From an uncultured virus (IMG/VR IMGVR_UViG_3300037466_003572) (Duplodnaviria > Heunggongvirae > Uroviricota > Caudoviricetes): a DNA stretch of 64,000 bases. How positions within the stretch are numbered: position 1 is the first letter of the stretch; every line of letters starts with the position of its first letter. Location: the IMG/VR virus record IMGVR_UViG_3300037466_003572, one strand, 5' to 3'. The notes under the pieces are model-generated. The model made no database searches. It was given only the letters and a program-made list of their open reading frames with translations, and was not told the origin of the DNA. Position numbers and translations under genes: made by a program. Below are positions 38,345 to 49,167 of this stretch, piece after piece.

Positions 38345-39395
38345 GTGTTACCACTCCTTTGATCGCAACAGAACCACTTGGAATCGTAATGTTTGCTGTG
38401 CCGCTATTTACCGTTAAGTTGTCGTAATCAAGTACGCCATCAACGTCATAGATTAAGTTAGCAATCTTTGAATATCGCACAACAGGATCGTTGAATGCCA
38501 ATTCTTTTAAATAACCAGCAATCGCACTTTCCACGAGTGGTTGAACGTCGGTCAACGTTTTACCAGTATCAAGCGTTAATGTGACAGATACGTTAATATT
38601 AACAGCCGTTGCTGCTTCCACATGGACATCAGCCCCAATCGGGCGAACCGTTTGGATATAATCATTCACCGAAGTTAATAACGTGCTGTCAGCGGGTTGT
38701 CCATTTGAATCAATGACGATAACTTGTACGGTACCAGCGCCGTATGCAACTGGATTTACTAAACAATCACCAACACCGTTTACGGATTTAGTCCAAATCG
38801 TATAATCGTTTTGGTTTCCACTGGTGGATGGTGCCGTTACTTTATCGTAATATCTATCAAGTAATTCTTGGTCGGATTCCATATCAAGACCGCCGGTAAA
38901 TGCATCGTTTCCCGTTACGGTTACAACGTTTGTTAAATCTCCAGCCACATAACTCAGGAAATTTGCATCAATATTTCCGAATAATCCCTCTAGTTCACAT
39001 TCTGCAGGAAGCGTTCCATTACCGGTTGTGCCATCTAAAACAACATCCGTTGTCGTGATAAAATATAATGGAGGATTTTGCCCGTCAGAAATTTGTGTTC
39101 CAGAAGGAACTGTAATCCCCGGAGTTCCGTTTACATAAACGTTTCCACTTGCTTTTACACCAGGTTTACGAAATACACCAACTTCATTACAACGTAAATC
39201 CAAAAAATAATCGCTCGAAGTATCGGCAAATCCAAGATTTAAAATAGTATCAGCAATTTGATAGAATAATTCAAACTCAACACTACCGGGACTCAGCATA
39301 TCAAAACTCACGCTGCCTTCGGATTTGTCAAGGGATGCGTTCATTCTGTCAAGCATTCTGGCAAGTATTACGTCTCTTGTTTCGTTCTCAAACAT
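38337..39395 (-). CDS. baseplate J-like protein (XkdT)
   Basis: DKSEGS, GG.D.ESD..L..R, SGN..DY..W, GAGTV, RPIGA. Confidence 0.9.
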   Translation of the reverse strand: MFENETRDVILARMLDRMNASLDKSEGSVSFDMLSPGSVEFELFYQIADTILNLGFADTSSDYFLDLRCNEVGVFRKPGVKASGNVYVNGTPGITVPSGTQISDGQNPPLYFITTTDVVLDGTTGNGTLPAECELEGLFGNIDANFLSYVAGDLTNVVTVTGNDAFTGGLDMESDQELLDRYYDKVTAPSTSGNQNDYTIWTKSVNGVGDCLVNPVAYGAGTVQVIVIDSNGQPADSTLLTSVNDYIQTVRPIGADVHVEAATAVNINVSVTLTLDTGKTLTDVQPLVESAIAGYLKELAFNDPVVRYSKIANLIYDVDGVLDYDNLTVNSGTANITIPSGSVAIKGVVTLG

Positions 39396-39796
39396 TAAAT
39401 TGTCACTCCTCCCGTAACGGTGATCCCCGTATAAGTGGAAACCGTGAATTGTACATTTAATTCATCATTCGTTTTATCGAAAACAAAATTTGTCACATCT
39501 TTAATTCTTTCATCAATTAAAAGACAAGTTGTGATTTCATCTTGAAGTGCTTTTGTCAAATAATCATAAGGTAAATCTTCATAAATAATTTCTTCAATAT
39601 CGCTTCCGTAATCACTCGAGTAAATCGAATAGCGATTTCTTGCGGTATTTAAACGCTTGAAAACAGTTTGTTTAATTGCTTCTTCATCATCGATTAATAC
39701 CGGTTCAATATCGCCAGTTTCAAAGTTTAATCGATACGTAAGCGTTGGAGCTTCCAGAACAATCGCGCCGTCACCGGCAATTGGTGATATAGCCAT
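39395..39796 (-). CDS. baseplate wedge XkdS/DUF2634-like
   Basis: EAIKQ..K.L.T.R..Y.IYSSDYG, DERI..V..F. Confidence 0.85.
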   Translation of the reverse strand: MAISPIAGDGAIVLEAPTLTYRLNFETGDIEPVLIDDEEAIKQTVFKRLNTARNRYSIYSSDYGSDIEEIIYEDLPYDYLTKALQDEITTCLLIDERIKDVTNFVFDKTNDELNVQFTVSTYTGITVTGGVTI

Positions 39797-40062
39797 TAAT
39801 ACGACACCACCTTGTCAATAATAATGTAGGTATTTCCGTCTAGTATCGGAATAACCAAAACACGGTCATTTACAGCAACAGTTGTCGCCGAACCGCAAAC
39901 AAGTAAACTATCTTTATCTAAAACTAATTTATCGTTATCAAGACGTATGCTAATTTCAGGAGCGGGAGATAAAACCGTCCCCAGTTCAAATGTATCCCCG
40001 CTTTTTGTAAGACTGCGAATGACATCCACAAGCTGCGTGCCACCGGAACCTTCAAGACGCAT
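39796..40062 (-). CDS. XkdR/DUF2577-like baseplate spike protein
   Basis: LGTVLSPAP, DRVLV, IIDKV; synteny. Confidence 0.75.
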   Translation of the reverse strand: MRLEGSGGTQLVDVIRSLTKSGDTFELGTVLSPAPEISIRLDNDKLVLDKDSLLVCGSATTVAVNDRVLVIPILDGNTYIIIDKVVSY

Positions 40063-40075
40063 ATCTCCACCTCCA

Positions 40076-41155
40076 TTATTTTTTCGTTGTCGTTGTCGTC
40101 GTTTTCTTTGTTGTCGTATCCGTTTTACTCTTTCCGTTTAATTCATCCACTTCATCAGGTGTCAGCGTCTCCAAAGGAAGATCATCCGTTTTACTTAAAG
40201 TGATATCCATTGTGTACTCACCGTTTGGACCGAAGTTATGCGTATCTTGGAGAATATAGTAACCTCCAGTTAAACCAGTTAAAGAATCATACGCATAAAC
40301 ACCTCTACCGGATATGACTTGTTCATACCCAATAGCAGAAACACTGATATCAATTTCCGGTTTATTTTTCTCTTTTAACGTTTTTTCAGCATGACTTTGA
40401 AGTGCGGCGGATTTCATATCGGATACATCTTCAACTTCTTGCATTAAACCATATTTTTTAATGGAATCAGCATCCCTAGCGACACGCGTAATCGATTTTT
40501 TATCGTCAATTGAACCAGACACCGCTTTGATCGAGTTGCGCAGATTTTCAATACTCGTAGTCATTGAAGCGGAAGTCATATTCGAACCAGACTCGATTAC
40601 CCAACGTGAAACGCTTGTGTTGCGCTGTTCTAAATATAGTTTACCTTGCTTAAAATAAATCCAATATTTGCGTCCGGTCATTTGTTTTGTCATGCTAAGA
40701 GATTTTTGAAAAACAGTCCAAAGATCTTCACCGCGAACAATCATATTTTTGATAACAAAACCGGTATCCGCAATATGACCGATAGGAATTCCAAAATCAA
40801 GGCACATTTTATGAACGATACCAGAAGCCGTCATATTTTTAAATACGCGGCTGTCTTGGTTAACCGTTAAATATTTACCTTCGTCATACACGCTAAGCGT
40901 TTGACCACCGGCTTCATTTTTATCCGTTGAAAAAATAATCCCGCGGAATAATTCATTTCCATTATAATAAAAACGAATTTGATGCCCGGGATCAAACTTT
41001 AAAATTTCATGTCTCCAGTTCGATTCATTCACATTAATAACATCCAGTGAAAGTTCACGTGAAGCTGATTTAATATCACCGCTCCATTTAATAGAGGTAA
41101 CGATATCTTCGATATCATAACGGATAGAACCAACATAATATTGAATATTTATCAT
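40076..41155 (-). CDS. baseplate hub XkdQ-like
   Basis: IKWSGD..ASR, LFRG.IF, SIKKYGLMQ; synteny. Confidence 0.85.
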   Translation of the reverse strand: MINIQYYVGSIRYDIEDIVTSIKWSGDIKSASRELSLDVINVNESNWRHEILKFDPGHQIRFYYNGNELFRGIIFSTDKNEAGGQTLSVYDEGKYLTVNQDSRVFKNMTASGIVHKMCLDFGIPIGHIADTGFVIKNMIVRGEDLWTVFQKSLSMTKQMTGRKYWIYFKQGKLYLEQRNTSVSRWVIESGSNMTSASMTTSIENLRNSIKAVSGSIDDKKSITRVARDADSIKKYGLMQEVEDVSDMKSAALQSHAEKTLKEKNKPEIDISVSAIGYEQVISGRGVYAYDSLTGLTGGYYILQDTHNFGPNGEYTMDITLSKTDDLPLETLTPDEVDELNGKSKTDTTTKKTTTTTTKK

Positions 41156-41164
41156 TTACTCACC

Positions 41165-42208
41165 TCATTTACCTGGAAACCAGCTAGGAAACGTATTACT
41201 GTTAGACGCAGCAGATTCTCGTTCCGTACTAGAGAACATCGCCAGGGATTTGCTTCCGTTATAATCCGTTTTGGTTAACGTCGTTTCCGTAGATGCCGTA
41301 TTAACAGAAGTTTTCGCAACTGGTGCACTGTAAGAGAGGCGTCTCGGATCATACAGCTTTTTCGCATCACCGGGAAGTTTTACTTTAGAACCAACCTGAA
41401 GAGATGTTGCTTTAAGACTTGGGTTAAGCAATTGAACTCTACTCACCGTAAGACCATAGGCTTTTGCAATCTCATAAAGTGTATCACCGGAACGAATCGT
41501 AAAATATTGATAACTTGATACCGTATCATCGTCATCTGCCGGTTTTTTCACATCTTTTGTTCCCGGTATAGATAAAACCATTCCCACATAAATACGATTC
41601 GGATTTGAGCCGATTTTACTCTTATTTGCGTTATAAATAACGTTCCATTTGCTACTATCATGGTAAAATTTATAAGCAATGCTAGATAGCGTATCGCCTT
41701 TTTTAACCGTATATTTACCGCCAGGTATTTCAGGAGTTGGACGTTTCGGGTCAACCGGTTTTGTTACTTTTTTCGTAGGATCATATTTTCGTATTTTTGG
41801 AGCACGATATTCTTTTAGTTCAATCGTGTAGTAAATATCTCCGACTTCTCCGCCTTTTTCAGAATAAGTGAAATTACGGATGCTCGCTTTAAAGTAAACG
41901 TTTGTTCCCGTAATGGACACCAATATAGGACGTTTTGTTTTTGCCCAGTGTTCAATTTTTCTTACCGCGTCAATTGGCTTTGGAATCTTTAAATATTCAC
42001 AAAATCCAGAATCGTAATCACGTGGGAAAAAAGAAGAAAGCGAGATTGATTTTAATCCCGCATTTCCCATTTGCGTAACTTCACCAAGATTCACAACTTC
42101 AGAATCATTATGATTAACATCCATTGAAACTTCATAAGACTCGGGATTAACAGGCAATTGAAGCCTGTCGCCCGAACTCATAGAAAGCCAGAACTGCATT
42201 TTACTCAT
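41165..42208 (-). CDS. XkdP-like tail tube initiator with two LysM domains
   Basis: LPVNPE, LSSFFP, GDIYY.IELKEYR; YTVKKGDTL and FTIRSGDTL. Confidence 0.88.
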   Translation of the reverse strand: MSKMQFWLSMSSGDRLQLPVNPESYEVSMDVNHNDSEVVNLGEVTQMGNAGLKSISLSSFFPRDYDSGFCEYLKIPKPIDAVRKIEHWAKTKRPILVSITGTNVYFKASIRNFTYSEKGGEVGDIYYTIELKEYRAPKIRKYDPTKKVTKPVDPKRPTPEIPGGKYTVKKGDTLSSIAYKFYHDSSKWNVIYNANKSKIGSNPNRIYVGMVLSIPGTKDVKKPADDDDTVSSYQYFTIRSGDTLYEIAKAYGLTVSRVQLLNPSLKATSLQVGSKVKLPGDAKKLYDPRRLSYSAPVAKTSVNTASTETTLTKTDYNGSKSLAMFSSTERESAASNSNTFPSWFPGK

Positions 42209-45200
42209 TACCTACCAATCCTTTCGCCTTATTAATTTCATAAGCCAGCGCTTTTGCAATTGCATCGATATCATCATCAGAACGAACACTAAAGTTATTT
42301 CCAGTGATGATAATATGACCGCCACCAGAGCTGCCCATTTTACCACTACGATAAGCATTCGCTTCACCGCGAGGCAAGATTGTTTCATCTTTGTGGACAT
42401 AACGTAATCCGTCTCCCGGTACTCTCCACTCACCGCCGGCTTTTTTAGGAGCGGCAGCTTTAGGAGGAGCTTTCGCTGTTGTTTTTTGACCGCCAACGGC
42501 ATTATTAAATGCAGTTTGAGCAGCGTCAGCAACACGAGAAACCAGACCAGTAATCGCACCAAAGAAGTTAAACACAGGCATTGGAGCACCACTAATTGCA
42601 CCTGCAAGCGCATTAGATGCTGTCGATACAATCCCAAGATCACGAGCGTTCAGCGCACCTACAACTGGAGTTGTATCCGGTATAATCGGATTGCCTTGCA
42701 TAAGGGAGCCGAAAAGTTGTACAATCGCACTTTTAACCGTCTGTGCATCTGCTTGAAGAGATTTAGAAAGTTCACTAGAACTCGTTGCCATTAATTCTTG
42801 TTGCCACTGTTGGATTTGACCGGATAATTTATCATCTTGAGTCTTCAGCGTATCCATTGACATGGTATTTTCATATTGTTTATGAAGATTAGTAATAACA
42901 TCTTTAGAGATTTTTTGACCATGGAGTTTCATTAAGTCAATTTCTTCCCCAATAACTCTATCTTCAAGATCGATACGTTGTTGAATTAATTTTTGAACAT
43001 TTTCCGTTATACCGTCCATCGATTGCAGCTTAGAAATTTTACCACCATTACGAAGCGTATTATAACCGCTTTGATAGCGACGTAAATCTCCTTTTTCGCT
43101 TGCGTTATCAAGCCAGCTATTTCCACGATCTTTCACGTACCCATTCTTTGCGATAAATTCGGAACGACTTGCAAACCCGTTAGTCATATCTTGTTGGATT
43201 TTATCTCCGTTATCAACCGTTTTAAATAAACTTTGTGCAGCGTAAGTGATCGTTGCCGCTTGAACGAGAAAGCTAGCTGTTTTTACAATCCAGTGAGCAC
43301 TAGTACCGCCACCACCTGGAGGAACCGGAGGAATAGGACCGCCGCCTGGAGGTACAGGAGGAGTACCACCCGGAGGAACCGGAGGAGTACCAGAGTTAGC
43401 ACGAATCCATGCACCAGCACCGCGAGTTACAGCACCACCAAGTTTAGTAACAAGTCCAAAAGTAAGCATATTAACAACAGCACCGCTAATGGCAGTTTCT
43501 ATGCCACCACCAAGCCAGTCGCCTTTTTTAAACTTTTCAACAACACTAGCAAGTGCCATCGGAACAACCGTCTTAATCGCAGCACCAAGCGCTTTAATCA
43601 GAAACTCAAAATAACCTTCAAGTGCATCAAATAGTTTTGTACGAATTTCGGTTGCTAGCGGATTATCCGATTGAATCCAATTAATCGCTTTATCAAGACC
43701 AGTGGTTAACACCTTACCGATTTTTTCACCGATATTCATATCTTTCCATTTAAGTTTACCAGAAGCATTTTGAACAGGCTCCATCACGTCTTTTACAAAA
43801 CCTTTGAAACCATCTGCAAATTTCTTACCTTCTGCAGCAATTTTCTTAATGCTGTTTTTATCGAGCATCCAATCTTTTACTTTCGCAAATGTATTACCAA
43901 GTAGTGGTAACAATTCACTAAAGAAAACAATGGAAATCGTATCCCATGCGTTTTTCAGCATCTTCAGTTTTGCAGAAGCGGTATTTAAACGATCTTCCGA
44001 AATCTCAGAAACGTCAGCAAATTTCATTGCATTACGTAAATCTTTCATACGTTTTTTATCTTTACCAACTTCATATAAACCACCGATCGCACGAGCAGCA
44101 TCGGCTCCACCGACAGCATCGAATAATTGTCCACGCTGTTCGTTGTTCATATTCTTAGTTGTTTTATAAACAAGCGCACCCATCTGCTCTAGCGATTTAA
44201 TATTACCTTTATCGTCATAGAACATGTTATGACCTTTTTTATCCATCCAGCCAACTTTCATCATCATTTTCTTTGCTGGACCGGTAGGATTTGTAATCAT
44301 CTGTGAGAACGTCTTGATTGACGTACCGATATCAGAACCACCAACTAGACCGGCACCCTTATTCATCATCGTACCAAATGCAACTAAGTCATCGAATGTC
44401 ATACCCATTTTCGAAGATACACCGGCACCCATCGCGATCATCGATTTAAAATCTTGTGGATCTAGAATCGAGTAGTTAGCAGCACCAGCGATTGTGTTCG
44501 CAATATGCTTATAAGCATCGCCTTGATTCATTTTATCGAACTGCTTAAACGCACCCTTTGCTTGCACCATAAGGTTTGCTGATTCTTCTGGAATCCAGTC
44601 AACAGCTTGCGCTAAATCAAGAGATGTCTTAAGTGCGCCGCCCATCATATCGTTATATGATACACCGGCTTTTGATTGAACGAAACCAGCTTGTGCTACT
44701 TCAGTCGGAGAATAAATGGTTTTCGATGCAATATCGAGTAACTTTTGTTCAAAAGCAGTGCCCATTTTAAATTTATCTTTATCTTTAGGTTCAGAAACGG
44801 AACGGATATTCGCAATCAATTGTTCAAAATCCATTGCATTGCTAAGCGAGCTTACTCCAATACGACCAGCACCATATCCAGCACCAAGAGCAGCATATCC
44901 AAGAGGAGCCATAGCAGTTGAAGCGAAACTAGATACAGAACTTGCAGCACCTCCGACGACCCCGTTAACCGTACCACGCATCACACGATTTCTTGCGTCT
45001 AGTTCACGTTGTGCTTGACGCTGTGCATCACGAACAGCACGATCTGCTTGGCGCTGACGATACGCTTGATCGGCAAGATCGGACCGTCTTTGAATTTCAG
45101 CTAAGTTTTGTTGATGCTCACGCTGTAATCGCTCCATACGACGGTTTTCAAGTTCCATCGCATTATCATGTGCGCGTTGTGCACGAAGGGCGGATTCATT

Positions 45201-45635
45201 TGCTTGCGCTTGGATTTCAGCCATCCGGTTTGCATGACGAACTGCATCTTCACGGATACGTTCATCTGCACGGTGTGATTCAGTCTCCCGTTGATTAGCA
45301 TATCTAGCTGCACTAGCAGCGGATTGACGTTCTAATGCTTCAATACGACGTGTCGCTGATTCCATCGCACGAGTCGTTTCTTGTGCAGAACGTTTTGCGG
45401 ATTGACCAACATTTTTATAACTTTGAGACATACGATTATTTGCGTTAACTGCTTCCCTACTAGCTCGTACAACGTTGCTCGGATTCATCGCTCGTTGCGC
45501 AGCAGCAAGGGTACCCATTTCTTTGGCAGCACTACGCACTTCTTTTCTAAATTTCTCAACGCTTTTTGTAGCGTTCTTCATCGGGGCACTCAGTTTGTCG
45601 ACGAGTGTAAGGGTAGCTTTTAAATCGATCGCCAC
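42201..45635 (-). CDS. tail tape measure protein
   Basis: 1144 aa, helical Ala-rich, TP901-like core, follows chaperone. Confidence 0.9.
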   Translation of the reverse strand: MAIDLKATLTLVDKLSAPMKNATKSVEKFRKEVRSAAKEMGTLAAAQRAMNPSNVVRASREAVNANNRMSQSYKNVGQSAKRSAQETTRAMESATRRIEALERQSAASAARYANQRETESHRADERIREDAVRHANRMAEIQAQANESALRAQRAHDNAMELENRRMERLQREHQQNLAEIQRRSDLADQAYRQRQADRAVRDAQRQAQRELDARNRVMRGTVNGVVGGAASSVSSFASTAMAPLGYAALGAGYGAGRIGVSSLSNAMDFEQLIANIRSVSEPKDKDKFKMGTAFEQKLLDIASKTIYSPTEVAQAGFVQSKAGVSYNDMMGGALKTSLDLAQAVDWIPEESANLMVQAKGAFKQFDKMNQGDAYKHIANTIAGAANYSILDPQDFKSMIAMGAGVSSKMGMTFDDLVAFGTMMNKGAGLVGGSDIGTSIKTFSQMITNPTGPAKKMMMKVGWMDKKGHNMFYDDKGNIKSLEQMGALVYKTTKNMNNEQRGQLFDAVGGADAARAIGGLYEVGKDKKRMKDLRNAMKFADVSEISEDRLNTASAKLKMLKNAWDTISIVFFSELLPLLGNTFAKVKDWMLDKNSIKKIAAEGKKFADGFKGFVKDVMEPVQNASGKLKWKDMNIGEKIGKVLTTGLDKAINWIQSDNPLATEIRTKLFDALEGYFEFLIKALGAAIKTVVPMALASVVEKFKKGDWLGGGIETAISGAVVNMLTFGLVTKLGGAVTRGAGAWIRANSGTPPVPPGGTPPVPPGGGPIPPVPPGGGGTSAHWIVKTASFLVQAATITYAAQSLFKTVDNGDKIQQDMTNGFASRSEFIAKNGYVKDRGNSWLDNASEKGDLRRYQSGYNTLRNGGKISKLQSMDGITENVQKLIQQRIDLEDRVIGEEIDLMKLHGQKISKDVITNLHKQYENTMSMDTLKTQDDKLSGQIQQWQQELMATSSSELSKSLQADAQTVKSAIVQLFGSLMQGNPIIPDTTPVVGALNARDLGIVSTASNALAGAISGAPMPVFNFFGAITGLVSRVADAAQTAFNNAVGGQKTTAKAPPKAAAPKKAGGEWRVPGDGLRYVHKDETILPRGEANAYRSGKMGSSGGGHIIITGNNFSVRSDDDIDAIAKALAYEINKAKGLVGNE

Positions 45636-45653
45636 GATTTAATTCCCCCTTGG

Positions 45654-45860
45654 TTACTTTTTATTTCGGTTCATTTGTTTTATTTGTTCTTGATAATTCG
45701 CTTCATCTTCTTCCAATTGAACAATCATACTAGTGTAAATAAAACGTTTTTCACCGGGAGATAAATTATAAATCTCTCCCGGTAAACGTCCCGTTTTTTG
45801 AAATATCAAATGAAGAAGTCTCGCTTCTGGATCGGGATTATCTCCCGTGATTAGTTTTTT
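45654..45860 (-). CDS. -1 frameshift extension of tail assembly chaperone
   Basis: slippery A AAA AAC at 45860-45854; -1 frame open LITGDNPDPEARLLHLIFQKTGRLPGEIYNL...KK to TAA 45654. Confidence 0.8.
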   Translation of the reverse strand, partial: KKLITGDNPDPEARLLHLIFQKTGRLPGEIYNLSPGEKRFIYTSMIVQLEEDEANYQEQIKQMNRNKK

Positions 45861-46246
45861 ACTTCATCTTCTCCGTCTTCTTCGTCACCAAAACCGCTAA
45901 GCTCCATAATTTCAGCAGAGATTTTTGCAATCTCACCAGGAGTTAACAATTCTTGAATCGCATCGGACGGTGTTCCAAATTTAGCAACAAGTTCAGGAGC
46001 GGCAAAGTTTGGCTCAAGAACGCCTGTTTCGATAATCAGCATAGAAAACTCTTCGTCGTTTAGTTTTGTTTCGCCTTTTTTACCAACAGGATACGTTGCT
46101 CTCTCACGTAGTTTTTGCATTTCTTTGTAAGTTACTGATTGAACTGTAAAGTGTGAATCAAAGCGTTTGATGTACACTTCTTTTGACGGTTTTTCTGCTC
46201 CAATTTCTAATAACGTCTTCAATAAATCTTTTTTCTTTTCACTCAT
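45851..46246 (-). CDS. tail assembly chaperone XkdN-like
   Basis: LLTPGEI..I...I..LSGF...EVKN; synteny. Confidence 0.85.
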   Translation of the reverse strand: MSEKKKDLLKTLLEIGAEKPSKEVYIKRFDSHFTVQSVTYKEMQKLRERATYPVGKKGETKLNDEEFSMLIIETGVLEPNFAAPELVAKFGTPSDAIQELLTPGEIAKISAEIMELSGFGDEEDGEDEVKN

Positions 46247-46345
46247 TCTTTTCAGCCTCCAAAAGGTATAATTATAAAAATTTATGGTATAATAATATTA
46301 AAAGACGGGAGAACATCGTCCCCCGTCGTTTCGGAACCGCTTTGA

Positions 46346-46801
46346 TTACTTGATTGTATCCATCCACTCGAAAGTAGTGAAAGTGAACGGAAGTTCTTCG
46401 GAGATAATTTCACCAACAGAATACTTTAAGATATCAACCTTATCGAAAGAAACGTCTTTCACACGAACACGCATTACTTGACCATCACTTTCCGGGTCTT
46501 GTACTTTAAAGATCAATTCAGTGATGAAAGGTTTTTTGTTATCGTCGATGATCTGAGAGATATTTTGCAAAAGTTCAGTAGTTACTTTGTAACCGGAAAT
46601 ACTTCCAGAACCTTTATATCCTACGATTTTAGTACCAACAGAACGAGTACCAGCTCTACGAATCTCAGTTTTTTCAACCTCCAAAGAGATTTCAGCACTT
46701 TGTGCGTTTGAGATCCAACGTCCATCATAGAAAATCTGGCAGAAAGTGCCCGTCATGATGCGGTTTGCATCCATTGGAGTCATACCGTTTAATCCAGCCA
46801 T
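46346..46801 (-). CDS. tail tube protein XkdM-like
   Basis: GYKGSG, DPES, V.FD, EELPFTF. Confidence 0.88.
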   Translation of the reverse strand: MAGLNGMTPMDANRIMTGTFCQIFYDGRWISNAQSAEISLEVEKTEIRRAGTRSVGTKIVGYKGSGSISGYKVTTELLQNISQIIDDNKKPFITELIFKVQDPESDGQVMRVRVKDVSFDKVDILKYSVGEIISEELPFTFTTFEWMDTIK

Positions 46802-46833
46802 TTTATAACCTCCAGTTTAATATTTTAATAGAA

Positions 46834-47925
46834 TTAAGATACGATTGTTAAGAACACGCGCTCAACAGAGTCAAGTTCAACGAAATTACAATCGATGAAT
46901 AATTGGTCTCCAGTTGATTCGAAATCACTTGAAAGTTTAACAGTAATATCTGTTAATACTTCGTTCGCTTCTAATTGCTCAAGGTAAAGTTTTACCATTG
47001 ATACAGCAAAAGCATAACCGTCGTCGTTTGCGTTGATCTTTCCGATAACTTCGTTTTCGATTAACTTGCCAAGCTCATTAGAAACAACTTGATGAACACG
47101 AGTTCTACGAAGTTTATAAACTTTTGCGTTTCCGTCATCGTCAGTAGAACGAGTAACGATACCACGCTCAAGTCTTACAACTTCCCCGTTATTCACAAGC
47201 GGAAGGGAACCAGCAGCAAGTGCATCTTTTACTTGAGTTACAGTTAAACGAGTTTTTACATCGTCAAACGGAGTAACAGCGAAAGTAATCGATTGGTTAA
47301 GGGGAGTTTTAGCAACAAGTCCAGCAACAAACTGAGCAACTTTATTAGAGCTAAAGTATACGCCAGCTAACATACCGCCAGAAACGATATTTACTGCATA
47401 CTCGTCAGCAAGTCTTACAGATCTAGCATTACCGATTGTGATATCATCGTCATCTGCATCCGCAACGGCACCGAATACAATAGTAAAATGACGACCTTCA
47501 TCACGAGATTTTTGTACCCATTTAAGCGCATCGTCTTGTTCAGCAGAACCGACTTGATCCCCATAAACAAATACATCAAAATCATAAACATCAAGAGCGA
47601 ATCTTGCGTTATCATAAGCGATTTTTTCAGTAACAGTTGTTCCGTCGATTGTTTCAACCGTATAAACAACAACTTTCTCACATCCGCCTTGGAATGCAAG
47701 ATCAATAGGACCAACGTTAGCGTCACCGTATAATGCTTTTGCATCGTCAAGTGAAGTAAATTCGCTCACCTTTTTAGCAGGTGCAGTACCGTAAGTTTCT
47801 AAAGTTAATGCAACAACACCAGCCTTATCCGCATTAGCAACTACCGCCTTAGCAGCATCAACAAAGCGAACATAAAGACCTGGACGTGAGTTTTGGCTCA
47901 TATCACTATTCCATAATCCAGCCAT
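46834..47925 (-). CDS. tail sheath protein XkdK-like
   Basis: RPGLYVRF, VAGL.A...NQSIT, IGKINANDDG, DSVERVF. Confidence 0.85.
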   Translation of the reverse strand: MAGLWNSDMSQNSRPGLYVRFVDAAKAVVANADKAGVVALTLETYGTAPAKKVSEFTSLDDAKALYGDANVGPIDLAFQGGCEKVVVYTVETIDGTTVTEKIAYDNARFALDVYDFDVFVYGDQVGSAEQDDALKWVQKSRDEGRHFTIVFGAVADADDDDITIGNARSVRLADEYAVNIVSGGMLAGVYFSSNKVAQFVAGLVAKTPLNQSITFAVTPFDDVKTRLTVTQVKDALAAGSLPLVNNGEVVRLERGIVTRSTDDDGNAKVYKLRRTRVHQVVSNELGKLIENEVIGKINANDDGYAFAVSMVKLYLEQLEANEVLTDITVKLSSDFESTGDQLFIDCNFVELDSVERVFLTIVS

Positions 47926-47936
47926 TTTTGTACCTC

Positions 47937-48392
47937 CTAATTGTTTTGGTTAATAGTAACTTCATTAATTTTTCCGGAATCAATTTGTGGCTTCACTTCT
48001 CGTGTATCAGCACGCATGACACCGATAATTGCTGAACGATTGTTTTCGTCCACAAAAGGAGCAGAAAAATTGAAGTATCGAACACGAATATAATTATCCG
48101 AATTCTTTACTTGAAGTGCGAGAGATTGATCATGAAGAGATGATTTAATTCTCTCCATTACATCGAGCACATCTAATGTGGAGTCCCCATAATAAATGAG
48201 TTCCCACATGCGAGAATTTAAAAATGTGGCAGCGGTATCAGGCGTTGAATCTGTTCGACTGAATCGAATAAACAGCGTTTTAACAGCGGGATCAGCAGGG
48301 ATATTTTGTCTCTCGATGGAGATTTCCGGAAACTCAACGCTGAAATAATCAACAAACGTTTCAAGTTCATCTAATAGACTCATATTTACCAC
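47937..48392 (-). CDS. tail terminator protein
   Basis: synteny immediately before sheath. Confidence 0.6.
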   Translation of the reverse strand: MVNMSLLDELETFVDYFSVEFPEISIERQNIPADPAVKTLFIRFSRTDSTPDTAATFLNSRMWELIYYGDSTLDVLDVMERIKSSLHDQSLALQVKNSDNYIRVRYFNFSAPFVDENNRSAIIGVMRADTREVKPQIDSGKINEVTINQNN

Positions 48393-48817
48393 CCGATTCC
48401 TTTAAGTTCTCTTCTAATATTTTTTTCTATTTTTACACCCAATAATTTTTCATTTGCTTTTCCGGAAACATCTAGATGCTGACTGACGCCGCTATATTTC
48501 ACATGAGAATCATGCGGTCTAACTTCGTGCCAATAATAAGCATAGTTAAATGTTCCGTAAGTTTTGCTTGGTCTAATTGCATCTGTTCGAATAGTTCCTT
48601 GAAGATCTAAAATGTCACCAATTTGTTTTACGCCATTTGGCTTTATATTTCTTTTCAAATTACCGCTTTTTTCTTGTGCAATTTCACGTGCTTTATCTCC
48701 CCACGTATCAAGTGCTTCTTCGATACCGTCATGCGCGCCAATAGCCGCTGCAGTACGGACCTCTTCGACCATACGACAAAACGTATCGAGTTTTGGAATC
48801 TCAAAACTAGCTTCCAT
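48386..48817 (-). CDS. HK97 gp10-like neck protein
   Basis: SGNLKRNI, FNYAYYWHE. Confidence 0.7.
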   Translation of the reverse strand: MEASFEIPKLDTFCRMVEEVRTAAAIGAHDGIEEALDTWGDKAREIAQEKSGNLKRNIKPNGVKQIGDILDLQGTIRTDAIRPSKTYGTFNYAYYWHEVRPHDSHVKYSGVSQHLDVSGKANEKLLGVKIEKNIRRELKGIGW

Positions 48818-49167
48818 TACTTGCCACCTACTTCAACTACCGTATAAATCGGTCTACCGCTGATATTGCGGATAAATCCGATAGATATCGGCACATAAAT
48901 ATTGGACTTTCCAAGCTCGTTAATAAACTCGATGTCATCGTCTTGTGTAATATCTACGATTCCGGGAATAAACACTTTTGCATAATTCACAATTTCGCGA
49001 TTACGGACATTTCGAACATCTTCTTCCGTTGAAACCATCTTTAAAGAACGTGTACCTTCCACGATACGGCATTTATACTCAACCGGTTCAAGACTAACTT
49101 TACCGCCCCATCCATCACTAGCGATACCTTTTTTGTGAACAATTATTTTATTATAAGTTGGAATCAT
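48817..49167 (-). CDS. head closure protein
   Basis: DGWG motif; synteny. Confidence 0.6.
   Translation of the reverse strand: MIPTYNKIIVHKKGIASDGWGGKVSLEPVEYKCRIVEGTRSLKMVSTEEDVRNVRNREIVNYAKVFIPGIVDITQDDDIEFINELGKSNIYVPISIGFIRNISGRPIYTVVEVGGK

Noticed and set aside
43311..43390. GC-rich tandem repeats in the tape measure gene
   Set aside because: Explained by encoded PPVPPGG protein repeats.
42212..45623. Alternative-frame and antisense ORFs inside the tape measure and other large genes
   Set aside because: Shadow ORFs without SD or recognisable motifs.
46285..46293. TGGTATAAT antisense promoter toward the tube gene
   Set aside because: No -35 element and an AT-rich context; too weak to call.
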